DNA of 64,000 bases from Candidatus Moraniibacteriota bacterium (GCA_963743885.1 CAVURJ010000002.1:36721-100720), one strand, 5' to 3'; counted from the first letter of the stretch, positions 1-9,759 are shown. The notes: generated from the letters alone by a model not told the origin. A program made the numbers and translations.

Positions 1-1
1 G

Positions 2-1426
2 CAAGCAAGCGGGCAGAAAGTTGAAGATCTCCATAAGCATGTCGTCGATCTGATCGAAGTGCCGTGTGATACGTGCGGTGCTGCAATGAAGCGTATCCCA
101 GATGTGCTCGATACGTGGTTTGATTCCGGCTCGATGCCGTATGCCCAGGAGCACTATCCGTTCGCGAACGAGGAGCATTTTAGCAAGAGCTTCCCGGCGG
201 ACTTCATCGCGGAGGGCGTCGATCAGACGCGCGCCTGGTTCTACTATCAGCATGTTCTTGGTACGGCGATCAAGGGGAGCGTTGCCTTCAAGAATGTCAT
301 CGTGAACGGCATCGTGCTCGCTGAAGATGGCAAGAAGATGTCAAAGAAGCTCAAGAATTATCCGGATCCGATGGAGGTGGTCAATAAGCATGGCGCCGAC
401 GCGCTCCGTCTCTATCTCCTCTCGTCGCCGGTCGTCGCAGCGGAGAATCTCAACTTCTCCGAGCGCGATCTCTCGGAGGTCACACGCAACGCGTTCCGCA
501 TGCTCTGGAACTCGTATTCATTCTTCATGACGTATGCCAGCGTCGACCAATGGCAGCCAACAGTTAACAGTCAACAGCCAACGAACTTGCTGGATCGGTG
601 GATCCTTTCCGAATTGCAGATGCTCATCAAGAATCTCGATCAGTCGATGGAAGCGTACGAGATTAACAAAGCGGCGCGCCTTTTCACGCCGTTTATCGAC
701 AATCTCTCGAACTGGTACATCCGTCGTTCGCGCGAGCGTTTCTGGAAGAGCGAAGATGATGGCGATAAGGAACAAGCATACCAGACGCTCTACGACGTGC
801 TCGTGACACTCTCGAAGCTCATGGCTCCTTTCACGCCGTTCTTGTCCGAAGAGATCTACCGCAACCTGACCGGCGAAGCATCTGTACATCTCGCCGATTG
901 GCCGGTAGCTGATGAGAAGTTGATTGATAATGATACGCACGAGAGAATGATGATAACGCGAAACCTGGTGACCCAGGGGCTTCAGAAGCGTACACAAGTA
1001 GGAATAAAGGTGAGACAGCCATTGGCATCTGCGAGCATCTTGGCTGATTTGCCGGCAGAATATAGGGATATCATCAAGGATGAACTGAATGTTAAAGATG
1101 TTATCTTTAGTGTTGCCGAGAGCCTGAAGATGGAGGAGGATATAACGCTTGATATCAATCTTACCGAAGATCTCAAGCTCGAAGGTGAGATGAACGAGAT
1201 CAATCGTGCTATCCAGGATGGGCGGAAGAAAGCGGGCTTCAATGTGGAAGATCGCATCACGCTCGGCTACATCGGCAAGGAGAAGGTCTTCGAGAAGTTT
1301 GGCGACGAGATCGCGAAGAAAGTCCTCGCAACCTCCGTCACGAAGGGTGACCTCGCCGATGCCGAGTATCGCGAAACCGTCACGATCGAAGGTGAAGAGT
1401 TCTCATTCAGTCTGAAAAGAATATGA
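2..1426 (+). CDS. ileS: Isoleucine--tRNA ligase, C-terminal part (type 2-like), 5' end outside window
   Basis: Motifs DVLDTWFDSGSMP, FIAEGVDQTRAWFY, KMSKKLKNY and LSNWYIRRSR; frame is open back to base 2 (DLHKHVVD). Confidence 0.97.
   Translation, partial: QASGQKVEDLHKHVVDLIEVPCDTCGAAMKRIPDVLDTWFDSGSMPYAQEHYPFANEEHFSKSFPADFIAEGVDQTRAWFYYQHVLGTAIKGSVAFKNVIVNGIVLAEDGKKMSKKLKNYPDPMEVVNKHGADALRLYLLSSPVVAAENLNFSERDLSEVTRNAFRMLWNSYSFFMTYASVDQWQPTVNSQQPTNLLDRWILSELQMLIKNLDQSMEAYEINKAARLFTPFIDNLSNWYIRRSRERFWKSEDDGDKEQAYQTLYDVLVTLSKLMAPFTPFLSEEIYRNLTGEASVHLADWPVADEKLIDNDTHERMMITRNLVTQGLQKRTQVGIKVRQPLASASILADLPAEYRDIIKDELNVKDVIFSVAESLKMEEDITLDINLTEDLKLEGEMNEINRAIQDGRKKAGFNVEDRITLGYIGKEKVFEKFGDEIAKKVLATSVTKGDLADAEYRETVTIEGEEFSFSLKRI
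554..581 (+). repeat. In-frame heptamer array (CAGYYAA x4) inside ileS
   Basis: cagccaa cagttaa cagtcaa cagccaa, encoding QPTVNSQQPT. Confidence 0.85.
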
Positions 1427-1962
1427 GCAACGATATCGGCAATTGGCAGGAGCTTGAACGGGAAGAGATATTCAAGAAATACGGACGAGGAATAGAGCGT
1501 GTGCGCTTTCGTCTGCCCAAGGGGAATGAGTCTGATTTCTATCTCCGCTCCGGTCATGACAGCATCGCTTGTTTGGCGCTGACGAAAGACCAGCAGGTAA
1601 TCCTCGTGAAGCAGTTTCGGCCAGGTCCGAAGAAGGTGCTTCTGGAGCTTCCTGGCGGCGGGCTGAATCCTGGCGAATCTTTGGAACAGGCGATGGAACG
1701 AGAACTTCTGGAAGAGACCGGTTATAAGGGGAAAGCGCAATTTCTGACGAGTATCATTCCTGATGCCTATTCCCAGTCGTTCAAGAACGCCTTTGTCGTG
1801 CTTGATTGTGAGAAAGTGGCTGAACCGAAGCTCGAGGATAATGGCGAGGAAGTCGAGGTCGCGCTCATGTCACTCGATGAATTCCGGACGCATATCCATA
1901 CCGGTCAGATGACGGATGTGGAAATCAGCTATCTCTGCCTTGATCACCTCGGATTGTTGTAA
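1423..1962 (+). CDS. Nudix hydrolase (ADP-ribose pyrophosphatase-like)
   Basis: VKQFR..ELPGG and Nudix box GGLNPGESLEQAMERELLEETGY; ATGA overlap with the ileS stop. Confidence 0.93.
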   Translation: MSNDIGNWQELEREEIFKKYGRGIERVRFRLPKGNESDFYLRSGHDSIACLALTKDQQVILVKQFRPGPKKVLLELPGGGLNPGESLEQAMERELLEETGYKGKAQFLTSIIPDAYSQSFKNAFVVLDCEKVAEPKLEDNGEEVEVALMSLDEFRTHIHTGQMTDVEISYLCLDHLGLL

Positions 1963-1971
1963 TTGTTTTTG

Positions 1972-2015
1972 AAAAAAGAAAAGCCCGCCGGACTGGTTGT
2001 AGTCGGCGGGTTTTT
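1972..2015. terminator. Bidirectional intrinsic terminator
   Basis: A-tract, cccgccggact/agtcggcggg stem, T-tract, between convergent genes. Confidence 0.8.
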
Positions 2016-2026
2016 GATTTTGTGGG

Positions 2027-2884
2027 CTATCTGATTTCCGCGAGCGTTCCGTCGCAGAGGCGGCGGAGCGGCACAGGGGAATCGTCGTGGTAGATGAAGC
2101 CTTCGGCAATCGGATGGTCTTTGCAGAGCTTGCCGCAATCGAGGCAGAGAGCTTTGTCGGCATAGGCGCTTTCGATCGTTCGGAGCTGCGTCCTTGGGAA
2201 TTCCATCTTGGAATAGAAGGCCGTGCATTTCTCCCAAGAGTCGACGACCTTTCCAGTGGTTGCATCGGTCCATTCCGTATATGGACAGACGGAGTATGCG
2301 TCGGTTTCGTGTGCGGATGTGCCGGACTGGATGTATTTCGTCGCGATGATTTCCGGCCGCTGCTTGTTTGCTGTCGATAGGCGGAGCGGTGGTGATCCAT
2401 GCTTGAAGTGATGGAAGAGTCCGAATGGGTCGATGCTTGCTGGCGCTTTCCCGTGTCCGGATTCGTTTCCACATCGGGTGCAGAGAGAGTGCCACCAGAT
2501 GAGGCCGATATCTTGGCCGTTGGAGTTGTTCCATCCGCCGTATTGTCCGACGATAATCGGAGTAGTTCCTTCCATACGAGGAGTGTCACAAATTGGGCAA
2601 CGCGAAGGGACTTCAGCGAAGGTATGCGACGTTGCGTCGATGCGCTTCGTAGAGCTTGATGCGATCGCAGAGCGTTTTTGGGAGGTCTGTGCGTGCAATC
2701 TGAAGCAATGCTGATCCTTCCACGAGGAAAAAACTGTTTGCTTGTATTCCTCGAGGGTGGACTGTCCCCAACGTCCTATCGAATAAATCTTTGCTTTTCG
2801 ATGTTCGACCCGCATCATGATGCCGACGATGATATGCCTGATGACATGGGAAATCGGACGTTTGGTGAGGAAAGCGATGTTCAT
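2027..2884 (-). CDS. Hypothetical Cys-rich protein with several CxxC pairs
   Basis: ATG at 2884 preceded by AAAGGAG; CPIC, CTRC and CLDC motifs; own promoter and terminator. Confidence 0.65.
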   Translation of the reverse strand: MNIAFLTKRPISHVIRHIIVGIMMRVEHRKAKIYSIGRWGQSTLEEYKQTVFSSWKDQHCFRLHAQTSQKRSAIASSSTKRIDATSHTFAEVPSRCPICDTPRMEGTTPIIVGQYGGWNNSNGQDIGLIWWHSLCTRCGNESGHGKAPASIDPFGLFHHFKHGSPPLRLSTANKQRPEIIATKYIQSGTSAHETDAYSVCPYTEWTDATTGKVVDSWEKCTAFYSKMEFPRTQLRTIESAYADKALCLDCGKLCKDHPIAEGFIYHDDSPVPLRRLCDGTLAEIR

Positions 2885-2932
2885 GACGACTCCTTTCTCA
2901 GTATTCGGTTGGGAAATAACGATTTTCACGGC

Positions 2933-2961
2933 ACTTTAGCAAGTTTGACTCAGGTTGTCAA
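2933..2961 (-). promoter_or_regulatory. sigma70-type promoter
   Basis: TTGACA-17 bp-TAAAGT on the minus strand. Confidence 0.65.
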
Positions 2962-3006
2962 AAGCTAGAGAAAAGCGGAAAATAGATGATGCTAGGCAAT
3001 ATTTCC

Positions 3007-3048
3007 GTATCCGATACATGATACATACTACGGGATACTTGATACATG
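3007..3048. repeat. Heptamer-type repeat (ATACATG/ATACTTG) overlapping the recO start
   Basis: gatacat gatacat ... gatactt gatacat; same unit family as 19857-19926. Confidence 0.6.
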
Positions 3049-3774
3049 CACATGGAGCTCCGCTACAACGCCGTCATCCTGAAGAAGAAAGAAGTGGGGG
3101 AGACTGACCGTCTCTACACTTTGTATACTTCGAAGCATGGCAAGGTGCAGACGGTAGCGAAAGGCGTGCGCAAGCCGGAGGCCAAGCTCGCGGGTCAGCT
3201 CGAGACGCTCATGCATGGGCTGGTCATTGTGGTGAAGGGGAAGGGCGCGGGCAAGATCGCCGGAGCAGTAGCGGAAAATGTTTTCCCGCATCTTCGGACG
3301 GACGGCGATATTTTGCGGAGGGTCCTCGATACGGTGAACGTCTTCGAGCGTCTCGTCGGATGGGATGAGTCGGATCCGGATCTCTTCCGGCTCCTCTTGG
3401 AGTACCTGCTTCTTGCTGATGGATTGGCAGAAGGGAAGAGGCGCGAAAAGATCGAGCTTCTTTCGGAAGGATTCCTCATGCAGCTCTATGCGCATCTCGG
3501 TTATCGCATCGAGACGGGGACGTGCGCGGTCTCGGGGGAGAAGCTCCGTTCCGGCGAGCAGCACTTCTTCAGTCCGAGCCAGGGTGGGGTGCTCGCGGGC
3601 GGGCATCATCATGGCGATGGCCATACGTTTCCCATCTCCGAGACAGCGATCAAATATATCCGGCTGTTTCTCAATAACCGTCTGGAAAGTCTGGAAAAGG
3701 TCCAGGCGACGGAACGTGAGCTTCGGGAGCTTCGCACGATCTCTTCGCGGTTTTTCCTTTGGATAGAGCGTTAA
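3046..3774 (+). CDS. recO: DNA repair protein RecO
   Basis: AVILKK..GETDRLYTLYT..HGKV..VAKGVRK N-terminal OB fold; CAVSG and F.PSQGG C-terminal motifs. Confidence 0.95.
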   Translation: MHMELRYNAVILKKKEVGETDRLYTLYTSKHGKVQTVAKGVRKPEAKLAGQLETLMHGLVIVVKGKGAGKIAGAVAENVFPHLRTDGDILRRVLDTVNVFERLVGWDESDPDLFRLLLEYLLLADGLAEGKRREKIELLSEGFLMQLYAHLGYRIETGTCAVSGEKLRSGEQHFFSPSQGGVLAGGHHHGDGHTFPISETAIKYIRLFLNNRLESLEKVQATERELRELRTISSRFFLWIER

Positions 3775-3790
3775 TGTCGCTCTTTGAGCC

Positions 3791-3819
3791 TTGACAAGAT
3801 CTCTGTAGAGGTGTATAAA
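3791..3819 (+). promoter_or_regulatory. sigma70-type promoter
   Basis: TTGACA-17 bp-TATAAA; SD AAAGGAG before 3879. Confidence 0.75.
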
Positions 3820-3878
3820 TAACTTCCTAGTATCTTTACAACCAGCCAGTGAACCGTCGATGAAAGGAGTCTGAAACA

Positions 3879-4904
3879 ATGGGAAATAGGCGTCTTGGAA
3901 TCAAGAACCAAGTCGCGCTTTGGTGGGTATTCGTGATTACTGCTGTCTTCCTGCTGATGAATCTCATGCATGTGCATGAAGATCAACTGCAACCAGCTGG
4001 CGATAAGCCTATCAATCAAAGCGTCCAACCACAACCAATCCAACAAACGCCCGCAAGCACGCAATATGTTGTGCGTCGCGGCGATACCTTGACGAGCCTC
4101 GTGAAGCGTTTCTACAACGGAGATCTTTCCAAGATCGCATCCGTAGCGCAAACGAACCATATCAAGAATCCTGACCTCATTTATGTTGGTCAGACCATCG
4201 TGTTCAGTCACAACTGGACTTCTCCGGAATATGCGAAAGCAAATGCTTCTCCGGAGAAGTTCGCCGTCGTTGGTGGAGCTTCTCGGGACAAGCATATTAC
4301 TACACCTTATTCCGTGAAGCAGCATCGCTCACTGTCGGAAACCCCGACCACTCTCAAGCCTGTTCCTCAGGCAATGGCTACGATTCCGGCGTCGGAAACA
4401 GTAAAACAACCCATCGTAAAAACCTTCTATTCATCTCGACATATCGAAAAGACGGTCCTCGATATACGTGTGCGGTATGGCCATCTCATCGATGCAGCCT
4501 CGAAAATCCACGGTATCGACCCACTCATCATCACTGCCATCATTTACGTCGAATCCAAAGGCAATCCGCGTGCGGAACATCCAGAATCCCATTGTAAGGG
4601 ACTCATGCAACTCGAGGATGGGACGGCAAAGAAGTATGGAGTGACCGACTCCTTCGATCCACGGAAAAACATTTTCGGCGGCACAAAAGTGCTCGCTGAT
4701 TACCTCAACCATCATGCTGGCGGCGACCTCGATCGTGCGTTAGTCTCTTATAATGCCGGGCCTCACTCGAAACTTTTCAAGAAGCCCAGCTTTGATCCTT
4801 CGCGATTTGTGTATGTCCGTCAGGTAAGGGAAGTCTTAAGGGCTATCGACCCTGGCGTAGACGAAGAACGTGTTTTGGTAGGGGGCGGAGAACGATCCTC
4901 TTAG
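3879..4904 (+). CDS. Membrane-anchored LysM + SLT lytic transglycosylase
   Basis: N-terminal TM; LysM YVVRRGDTL..NHIKNPDLIYVGQTI; SLT motifs VES, GLMQL and YNAG. Confidence 0.92.
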   Translation: MGNRRLGIKNQVALWWVFVITAVFLLMNLMHVHEDQLQPAGDKPINQSVQPQPIQQTPASTQYVVRRGDTLTSLVKRFYNGDLSKIASVAQTNHIKNPDLIYVGQTIVFSHNWTSPEYAKANASPEKFAVVGGASRDKHITTPYSVKQHRSLSETPTTLKPVPQAMATIPASETVKQPIVKTFYSSRHIEKTVLDIRVRYGHLIDAASKIHGIDPLIITAIIYVESKGNPRAEHPESHCKGLMQLEDGTAKKYGVTDSFDPRKNIFGGTKVLADYLNHHAGGDLDRALVSYNAGPHSKLFKKPSFDPSRFVYVRQVREVLRAIDPGVDEERVLVGGGERSS

Positions 4905-4967
4905 TGTGCAGATATTCTGCATCCGGTCGCGTTCTATTGTAGAATCTTCTGGAAAAATTCCAGGCCA

Positions 4968-5000
4968 AATCCTGCTTGTGCAAACAGCAGGATTTTTTTT
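4968..5000 (+). terminator. Intrinsic terminator
   Basis: aatcctgc/gcaggatt stem followed by a T-run. Confidence 0.8.
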
Positions 5001-5034
5001 GTTATCAAACGTGATGAATGAGGAAAATGTATAT

Positions 5035-5063
5035 TTGACAAAACATGTAAGAAGGTGTATAAT
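5035..5063 (+). promoter_or_regulatory. Consensus sigma70 promoter
   Basis: TTGACA-17 bp-TATAAT. Confidence 0.85.
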
Positions 5064-5100
5064 ATATTTTCCTAGTAGCTTAAAAAAGGAAGGTGTATAA

Positions 5101-5748
5101 ATGGCTTTATCAAGGGACTTTGTGGCCAGAATGCTTTTTTGGTCGGTTATCGCCGTAGCGGTTCTCATGGCTTTGGGATGCTTTACCCCACGTGAAAACC
5201 GTATCCAGAAGAGCGCTTCTCCGGAGTGGTCTGCTGTAGTAGGTGGGACTTCTCGGGACAAGCAAGCAACAAGTCCCAAGAAATCCCAAGAGCGCCCAGT
5301 CGCTTCTTCCCGTCGCCCGGTAGGTATTAATCGAGGGATCGATTGGCAGGTGGTGGGAATGATTCGCTCACGGTTCGGTTATATCATCCGTGAAGCATCG
5401 GCTACTTACGGAATTCCCGCAACCGTCATCATAGCGATGATTTACGAAGAATCGAAGGGAGACCCGTATGTAATCAGTCCGAAGAATTGCAAGGGGCTGA
5501 TGCAGATCTGCGATAGGACAGCTCAACACTTCAATGTAGGCAATGTCTTCAACCCGCGGGAGAATGTCCTCGGTGGCACGAAAATCCTTTGGGATTATCT
5601 CCACAAGAAGGACGGTGATATCGACAAGGCCTTTTACGCATTTAAGGAAGGCCCGAACGATAAGGCTTTCAAAGACCCATCCTTTGATCCGGCGCAGCAT
5701 CCATATGTGCGCAAGATGAAGGAGACCATCGCGTACCTTTCCGCCTAA
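5101..5748 (+). CDS. SLT-family lytic transglycosylase, paralog lacking LysM
   Basis: N-terminal hydrophobic segment; EESKGDP, CKGLMQI and NPRENVLGGT; similar to the upstream gene. Confidence 0.88.
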   Translation: MALSRDFVARMLFWSVIAVAVLMALGCFTPRENRIQKSASPEWSAVVGGTSRDKQATSPKKSQERPVASSRRPVGINRGIDWQVVGMIRSRFGYIIREASATYGIPATVIIAMIYEESKGDPYVISPKNCKGLMQICDRTAQHFNVGNVFNPRENVLGGTKILWDYLHKKDGDIDKAFYAFKEGPNDKAFKDPSFDPAQHPYVRKMKETIAYLSA

Positions 5749-5778
5749 ATGTTTTTCGGGTAACACCCGATATTCAGA

Positions 5779-5816
5779 ATCGCCTATCACATCCGTGTGG
5801 GAGGCGATCTTTTTTT
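5779..5816 (+). terminator. Intrinsic terminator
   Basis: atcgcct..aggcgat stem followed by a T-run. Confidence 0.7.
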
Positions 5817-5893
5817 GCTTGAGCTCTATTTCGTTGTGAACAGGGGGTTTTTCTGCTAGAATCACAGTAAATGATACAAAAATATCCTATACT

Positions 5894-7804
5894 ATGTCTC
5901 TCCAAGAACTAAACGAGAAGCTGCACAGCCGTGATGCCGATGCTGGTCTTGGCCGGGAGCAGCGGTCTGGATATGATCCGGATGTTGCACATGCCAGTGT
6001 CGATGGGTTTTCTGGCACGGAAGAGTGGACTCCGGAAAGACCTCCTTCATCATCGGATATCGTATTGTCCGCAGAAGGAATGTTTCGCCGCCGCCGGATT
6101 ATCATCGGTATCGTTTCCATCATCGCTATAACTCTCGCTATTTTGGCTGCATTTGCAATCCGTGGCATGCTGTTCGCTGAGGATCGGGTAGCGTTTTCCG
6201 TTTCCGGTCCGCAGAATGTCGCGAGCGCCGAGCTGGTCACATATACGTTTACGTATACCAACGCTAATTTGGCGGCGCTCCACGACGCGACGCTTGTTGT
6301 GTCCTATCCTGATTCGTTCCATCCGGAGTCTTCCGTACAGGTTAAAACATCTGGTAATCGTGCCGAGATAGCTCTCGGTGATATCGGGCGGAGAGGAAGT
6401 GGTCGAGCATCTATCTCGGGAAAGTTCTATGGATCACGCGGCGAATTAGCTTATCTGCGTGTGACGCTCCGGTATACGCCGAGCAATACCTCTGCCACTT
6501 TCGAGAAAGATGTCCAGTTTGGGGTGAATCTTGCGTCTTCGCCGCTTTCGCTTGAGATTACTGCTCCGCTTGAGATGGCGACCGGACAGGATGTTGAATA
6601 CGTAGTGGATTATCGGAATGATAGCGCGGCGGAGTTTTCTGGCATCAGGCTGTCGATGGAGTATCCTGCCGGATTCAAGTTCTCTAGCGCGGAACCGCGT
6701 CCGTCCGAAGGGGAGTCGGTATGGTATGTCGGGAATCTTGCTGGAAACAGTAGCAGAAAGGTAATCATACGTGGCACACTGGCTGGGACGCGAGATGAAT
6801 ATAAGAAAGTGAGAGGGTTGATTGGCTATCTGCAGGGGGATGGCCAGTTCATCGCGTATAACGTCAATGAGCGCCAGACCAAGATGGTTTCTTCGCCGCT
6901 CTCTATCTATCAAACGATCAATGGACTGTCCGAAGCGAATGTCTCTCCAGGCGAGATGCTTTGGTATGATATAGCGTATCGGAACGATTCTTCTCTCGGT
7001 CTCCGCGATGCCATCATTACTCTCGAAATAGGGGGGCAGTATGTCGATATCTCGCGCCTGCGGCTTCCGAACGGAGGAGCGTATGACGCATCACGTAGCA
7101 TGATAGTCTGGAAGGCTTCCGATGTTCCGGCGCTTTCGCGGCTCGATCCGGGGGAGGAGGGGAAGGTCTCTTTTTCTGTTCCGGTGAAGGAAGCGGCAGC
7201 CATAGGGTCAGAAAAGAACATTTCTATCCGCTCCAGGGCGACGATCGACAGTCCGGATGTCCCGACACCGATCGGATCGAACAAGGGGATTGCGAGCAGC
7301 ATGCTTTACGCGAAACTCAATGCCGTGGTGGCGATGAATCTCCAAGGTTTCTATAGTGATCCGAATCTGCCGAACAGTGGTCCGATACCGCCGGTCGTTG
7401 GTCAGAAGACGACATATTCATTCCATTTGGTACTGGAGAATTTTTCGAGCGATCTGACGAAGTCGAAGGTTTCCGTATCGCTGCCGACAGGAGTTTTGTA
7501 CGAAAGGAAGCATTTGCCGGAAAGCGAAACTATTTCTTGGAATGAGCGGACGAATGAGCTTGTCTGGGAGGTCGGAACCTTGTCTTCCGGGAAGAAGCGC
7601 GAGCTTTCATTTCAGATAAGCATCATTCCTGCAGCGAATCAGGCGGGCAAGGAGGCGATTCTTGTCAATAACGTCTCGTTCTCCGGAATCGATTCGTTTA
7701 CGGAATCGGAGGCGAGTGCATCAATTGGCATGAAGACGACTTTTCTCAGGGAGGATCCATCAATCGGGTCTTCGGGTTTCATGGTGTTGTCTTCCGGAGT
7801 ATGA
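5894..7804 (+). CDS. Single-pass membrane protein with repeated Ig-like (DUF11-like) domains
   Basis: TM after RRRR; repeated Y.v.Y.N...l..P.G...W..G.L...G.v.i pattern. Confidence 0.75.
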   Translation: MSLQELNEKLHSRDADAGLGREQRSGYDPDVAHASVDGFSGTEEWTPERPPSSSDIVLSAEGMFRRRRIIIGIVSIIAITLAILAAFAIRGMLFAEDRVAFSVSGPQNVASAELVTYTFTYTNANLAALHDATLVVSYPDSFHPESSVQVKTSGNRAEIALGDIGRRGSGRASISGKFYGSRGELAYLRVTLRYTPSNTSATFEKDVQFGVNLASSPLSLEITAPLEMATGQDVEYVVDYRNDSAAEFSGIRLSMEYPAGFKFSSAEPRPSEGESVWYVGNLAGNSSRKVIIRGTLAGTRDEYKKVRGLIGYLQGDGQFIAYNVNERQTKMVSSPLSIYQTINGLSEANVSPGEMLWYDIAYRNDSSLGLRDAIITLEIGGQYVDISRLRLPNGGAYDASRSMIVWKASDVPALSRLDPGEEGKVSFSVPVKEAAAIGSEKNISIRSRATIDSPDVPTPIGSNKGIASSMLYAKLNAVVAMNLQGFYSDPNLPNSGPIPPVVGQKTTYSFHLVLENFSSDLTKSKVSVSLPTGVLYERKHLPESETISWNERTNELVWEVGTLSSGKKRELSFQISIIPAANQAGKEAILVNNVSFSGIDSFTESEASASIGMKTTFLREDPSIGSSGFMVLSSGV

Positions 7805-9066
7805 TGGCAGGCTGTATACCAAGATTTCGTCTCGAGCCGGTCGTGGGTGCGTATCGTCGAGGTGTGATTGTTACGGCATCGGGAACCATAAAAACGCCTT
7901 TTTTCATGCCGGACGCGACGAGGGCTGCAGTGCGTGGCGTGACGCCGGATGAAATCAGGGCGAGTGGCATTTCGGCGCTCGTCGTGAATACGTATCACCT
8001 CATGTTACAACCTGGCGAAGCGCTGATAAAAAAGGCAGCAGGACCTGCCCGCAATGCTACGCCCGCCAGCAACGCTTTGCGTAGCAATGCGGACTGGTAT
8101 AGCGTTGCAGGCGGGGGGATTCATCAGTTCATGGGCTGGGCTGGTCCGACACTTTCGGATTCTGGCGGATACCAGGTGTATTCGCTTATCCATAGGAATC
8201 CAGAGATGGGTCGGATCACTGAGGATGGCGCTGAGTTCAAGTCGGTCCTCGACGGCTCGAAGCACCTGCTCACGCCGGAGCGAGCGATCCAGATCCAGTT
8301 TGATCTTGGGGTTGATATGATGGTGTGTCTTGATGACCCGCGTCCGAATAGCGCCGGGGAAGCCGAGGTAGCAGAAGCAGTGGAGCGGACACTCCGCTGG
8401 GCGAAGCGTTGCAAAGATGAATATACGAAGCAAGTCACAGAGCGCGGGCTGACCGAAGAGACGAGGCCGCTCCTTTTCGGTGTGGTGCAGGGTGGGATGT
8501 TTGTGGACCTGCGCGAGCATTGCGCGTCAGAGCTTGCGGCGATCGGCTTCGATGGGTACGGTTTCGGTGGACGGCATATCGATGAGGAAGGCGTTTTTCT
8601 CGAGGAGATCGTTGCGAAGACCGCGGCTGCTATCCCGAAGGATGCGCTCCGGTTCGCGCTCGGCATCGGGACGCCGTCAGATATCGTGCGCTGCCACCTT
8701 CTCGGTTGGGACATGTTTGACTGTGTGATACCGACGAGAGAAGGACGGCATGGCCGTTTGTTTGTCATGAATGACAAGCAAACGGAATTTCCAATTTCCA
8801 ATTTCCAATTTCCAAATAATGATCAAAATCTCAATGACCAAAATGAAGAGGGATCTTTCTATCGAACATTGAATATCAATAATGAACAGTACGGCGAGGA
8901 TTTTTCGCCAGTCGATCCGACGTGCGATTGTGAGCTGTGTACGAAGCATACGAGGAGCTATCTCAAGCATCTCTTCAAGGTAGCGGATCCGCTGGCTGGC
9001 CGTCTCGCCTCACTTCATAATCTCCGCTTCTACGCTCGGCTCATGGAGCGGCTGCGCGGAGAATAA
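7801..9066 (+). CDS. tgt: tRNA-guanine transglycosylase with two in-frame insertions
   Basis: TPFFMP, NTYHL, DSGGYQV, GVVQGG, DMFDCVIPTR and zinc site CDCELC..HN. Confidence 0.96.
   Translation: MMAGCIPRFRLEPVVGAYRRGVIVTASGTIKTPFFMPDATRAAVRGVTPDEIRASGISALVVNTYHLMLQPGEALIKKAAGPARNATPASNALRSNADWYSVAGGGIHQFMGWAGPTLSDSGGYQVYSLIHRNPEMGRITEDGAEFKSVLDGSKHLLTPERAIQIQFDLGVDMMVCLDDPRPNSAGEAEVAEAVERTLRWAKRCKDEYTKQVTERGLTEETRPLLFGVVQGGMFVDLREHCASELAAIGFDGYGFGGRHIDEEGVFLEEIVAKTAAAIPKDALRFALGIGTPSDIVRCHLLGWDMFDCVIPTREGRHGRLFVMNDKQTEFPISNFQFPNNDQNLNDQNEEGSFYRTLNINNEQYGEDFSPVDPTCDCELCTKHTRSYLKHLFKVADPLAGRLASLHNLRFYARLMERLRGE
8044..8115. repeat. 72-bp nested palindromic insertion in tgt (36 bp inside 36 bp)
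   Basis: cctgcccgcaatgctacg[36 bp]tatagcgttgcaggcggg; removing it restores AGGIHQF. Confidence 0.88.
8786..8844 (+). repeat. In-frame heptamer array (AATTTCC x4 plus degenerate units) in tgt
   Basis: Encodes FPISNFQFPNNDQNLNDQN. Confidence 0.85.
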
Positions 9067-9067
9067 C

Positions 9068-9214
9068 GGGTATTCACCCCAGGGAAAGCCCTTGACCCAA
9101 AAACGAACTGATGTTCGTTTCTTTCCGCGGCAAGCCGCGGGGTATTATACCCGATTTTACCGGCACTGCGCTCGGAAATGAGAGCTTGCTCTCATTTCTC
9201 TCACTTCGTTTGGT
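9068..9214. repeat. Cluster of small palindromes downstream of tgt
   Basis: ccagggaaagcccttg; aaacgaac/gttcgttt; ccgcggcaagccgcgg; gaaatgagagc/gctctcatttc. Confidence 0.65.
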
Positions 9215-9271
9215 AATAAAAAAAGGCCGCGACAGGAGTACTGTGCGCGGCTTTGGTCTTGCTGGCCTTGG

Positions 9272-9583
9272 TTAGTTATTGGGGATGAATTCGACCGAGA
9301 CAGGGAAGCTGTTTTCTTTGTCGTGGGAATTCGGATCGTTGAGGCAGAACCATCCGTCGGGGTCTTTCCCGGTGGAATAGCAGAGAACGATCGCTCTTTC
9401 CACGCAGCGTAGGTGGACGTGGTATTCCGATACCACTTTGATGATGTTGATTTCCGACAGGAAGCCGACTTCGACGGGAGCTCCACCAATGGTTTTGACG
9501 ACGACGATGGTGCTGCTTCTCTCACCTATTGAGATGTTCGTCAATCCGAGTTTTGCAAAAACTTCCGAGAGCAATTGTGACAC
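9272..9583 (-). CDS. Hypothetical protein (orphan cassette)
   Basis: GTG start preceded by AAGGAGG; terminator-like stem at about 9219-9254; TTGACA upstream at 9698-9703. Confidence 0.7.
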   Translation of the reverse strand: MSQLLSEVFAKLGLTNISIGERSSTIVVVKTIGGAPVEVGFLSEINIIKVVSEYHVHLRCVERAIVLCYSTGKDPDGWFCLNDPNSHDKENSFPVSVEFIPNN

Positions 9584-9759
9584 GATGTTTCCTCCTTGGT
9601 TGATGTTGATGAAACAGTTGAAATCTTGGCGAGAGCTTCTGTTCGGCAGGGGTATGTTAAAGAGTGATATTCTTTCTATCAGATCGGTATAGTATATGTC
9701 AAGAAAAAAGCGCCAGCCGACATGGTCGAGGGGCGCTTTTCGTTTGGCGGGCGTGGCCG

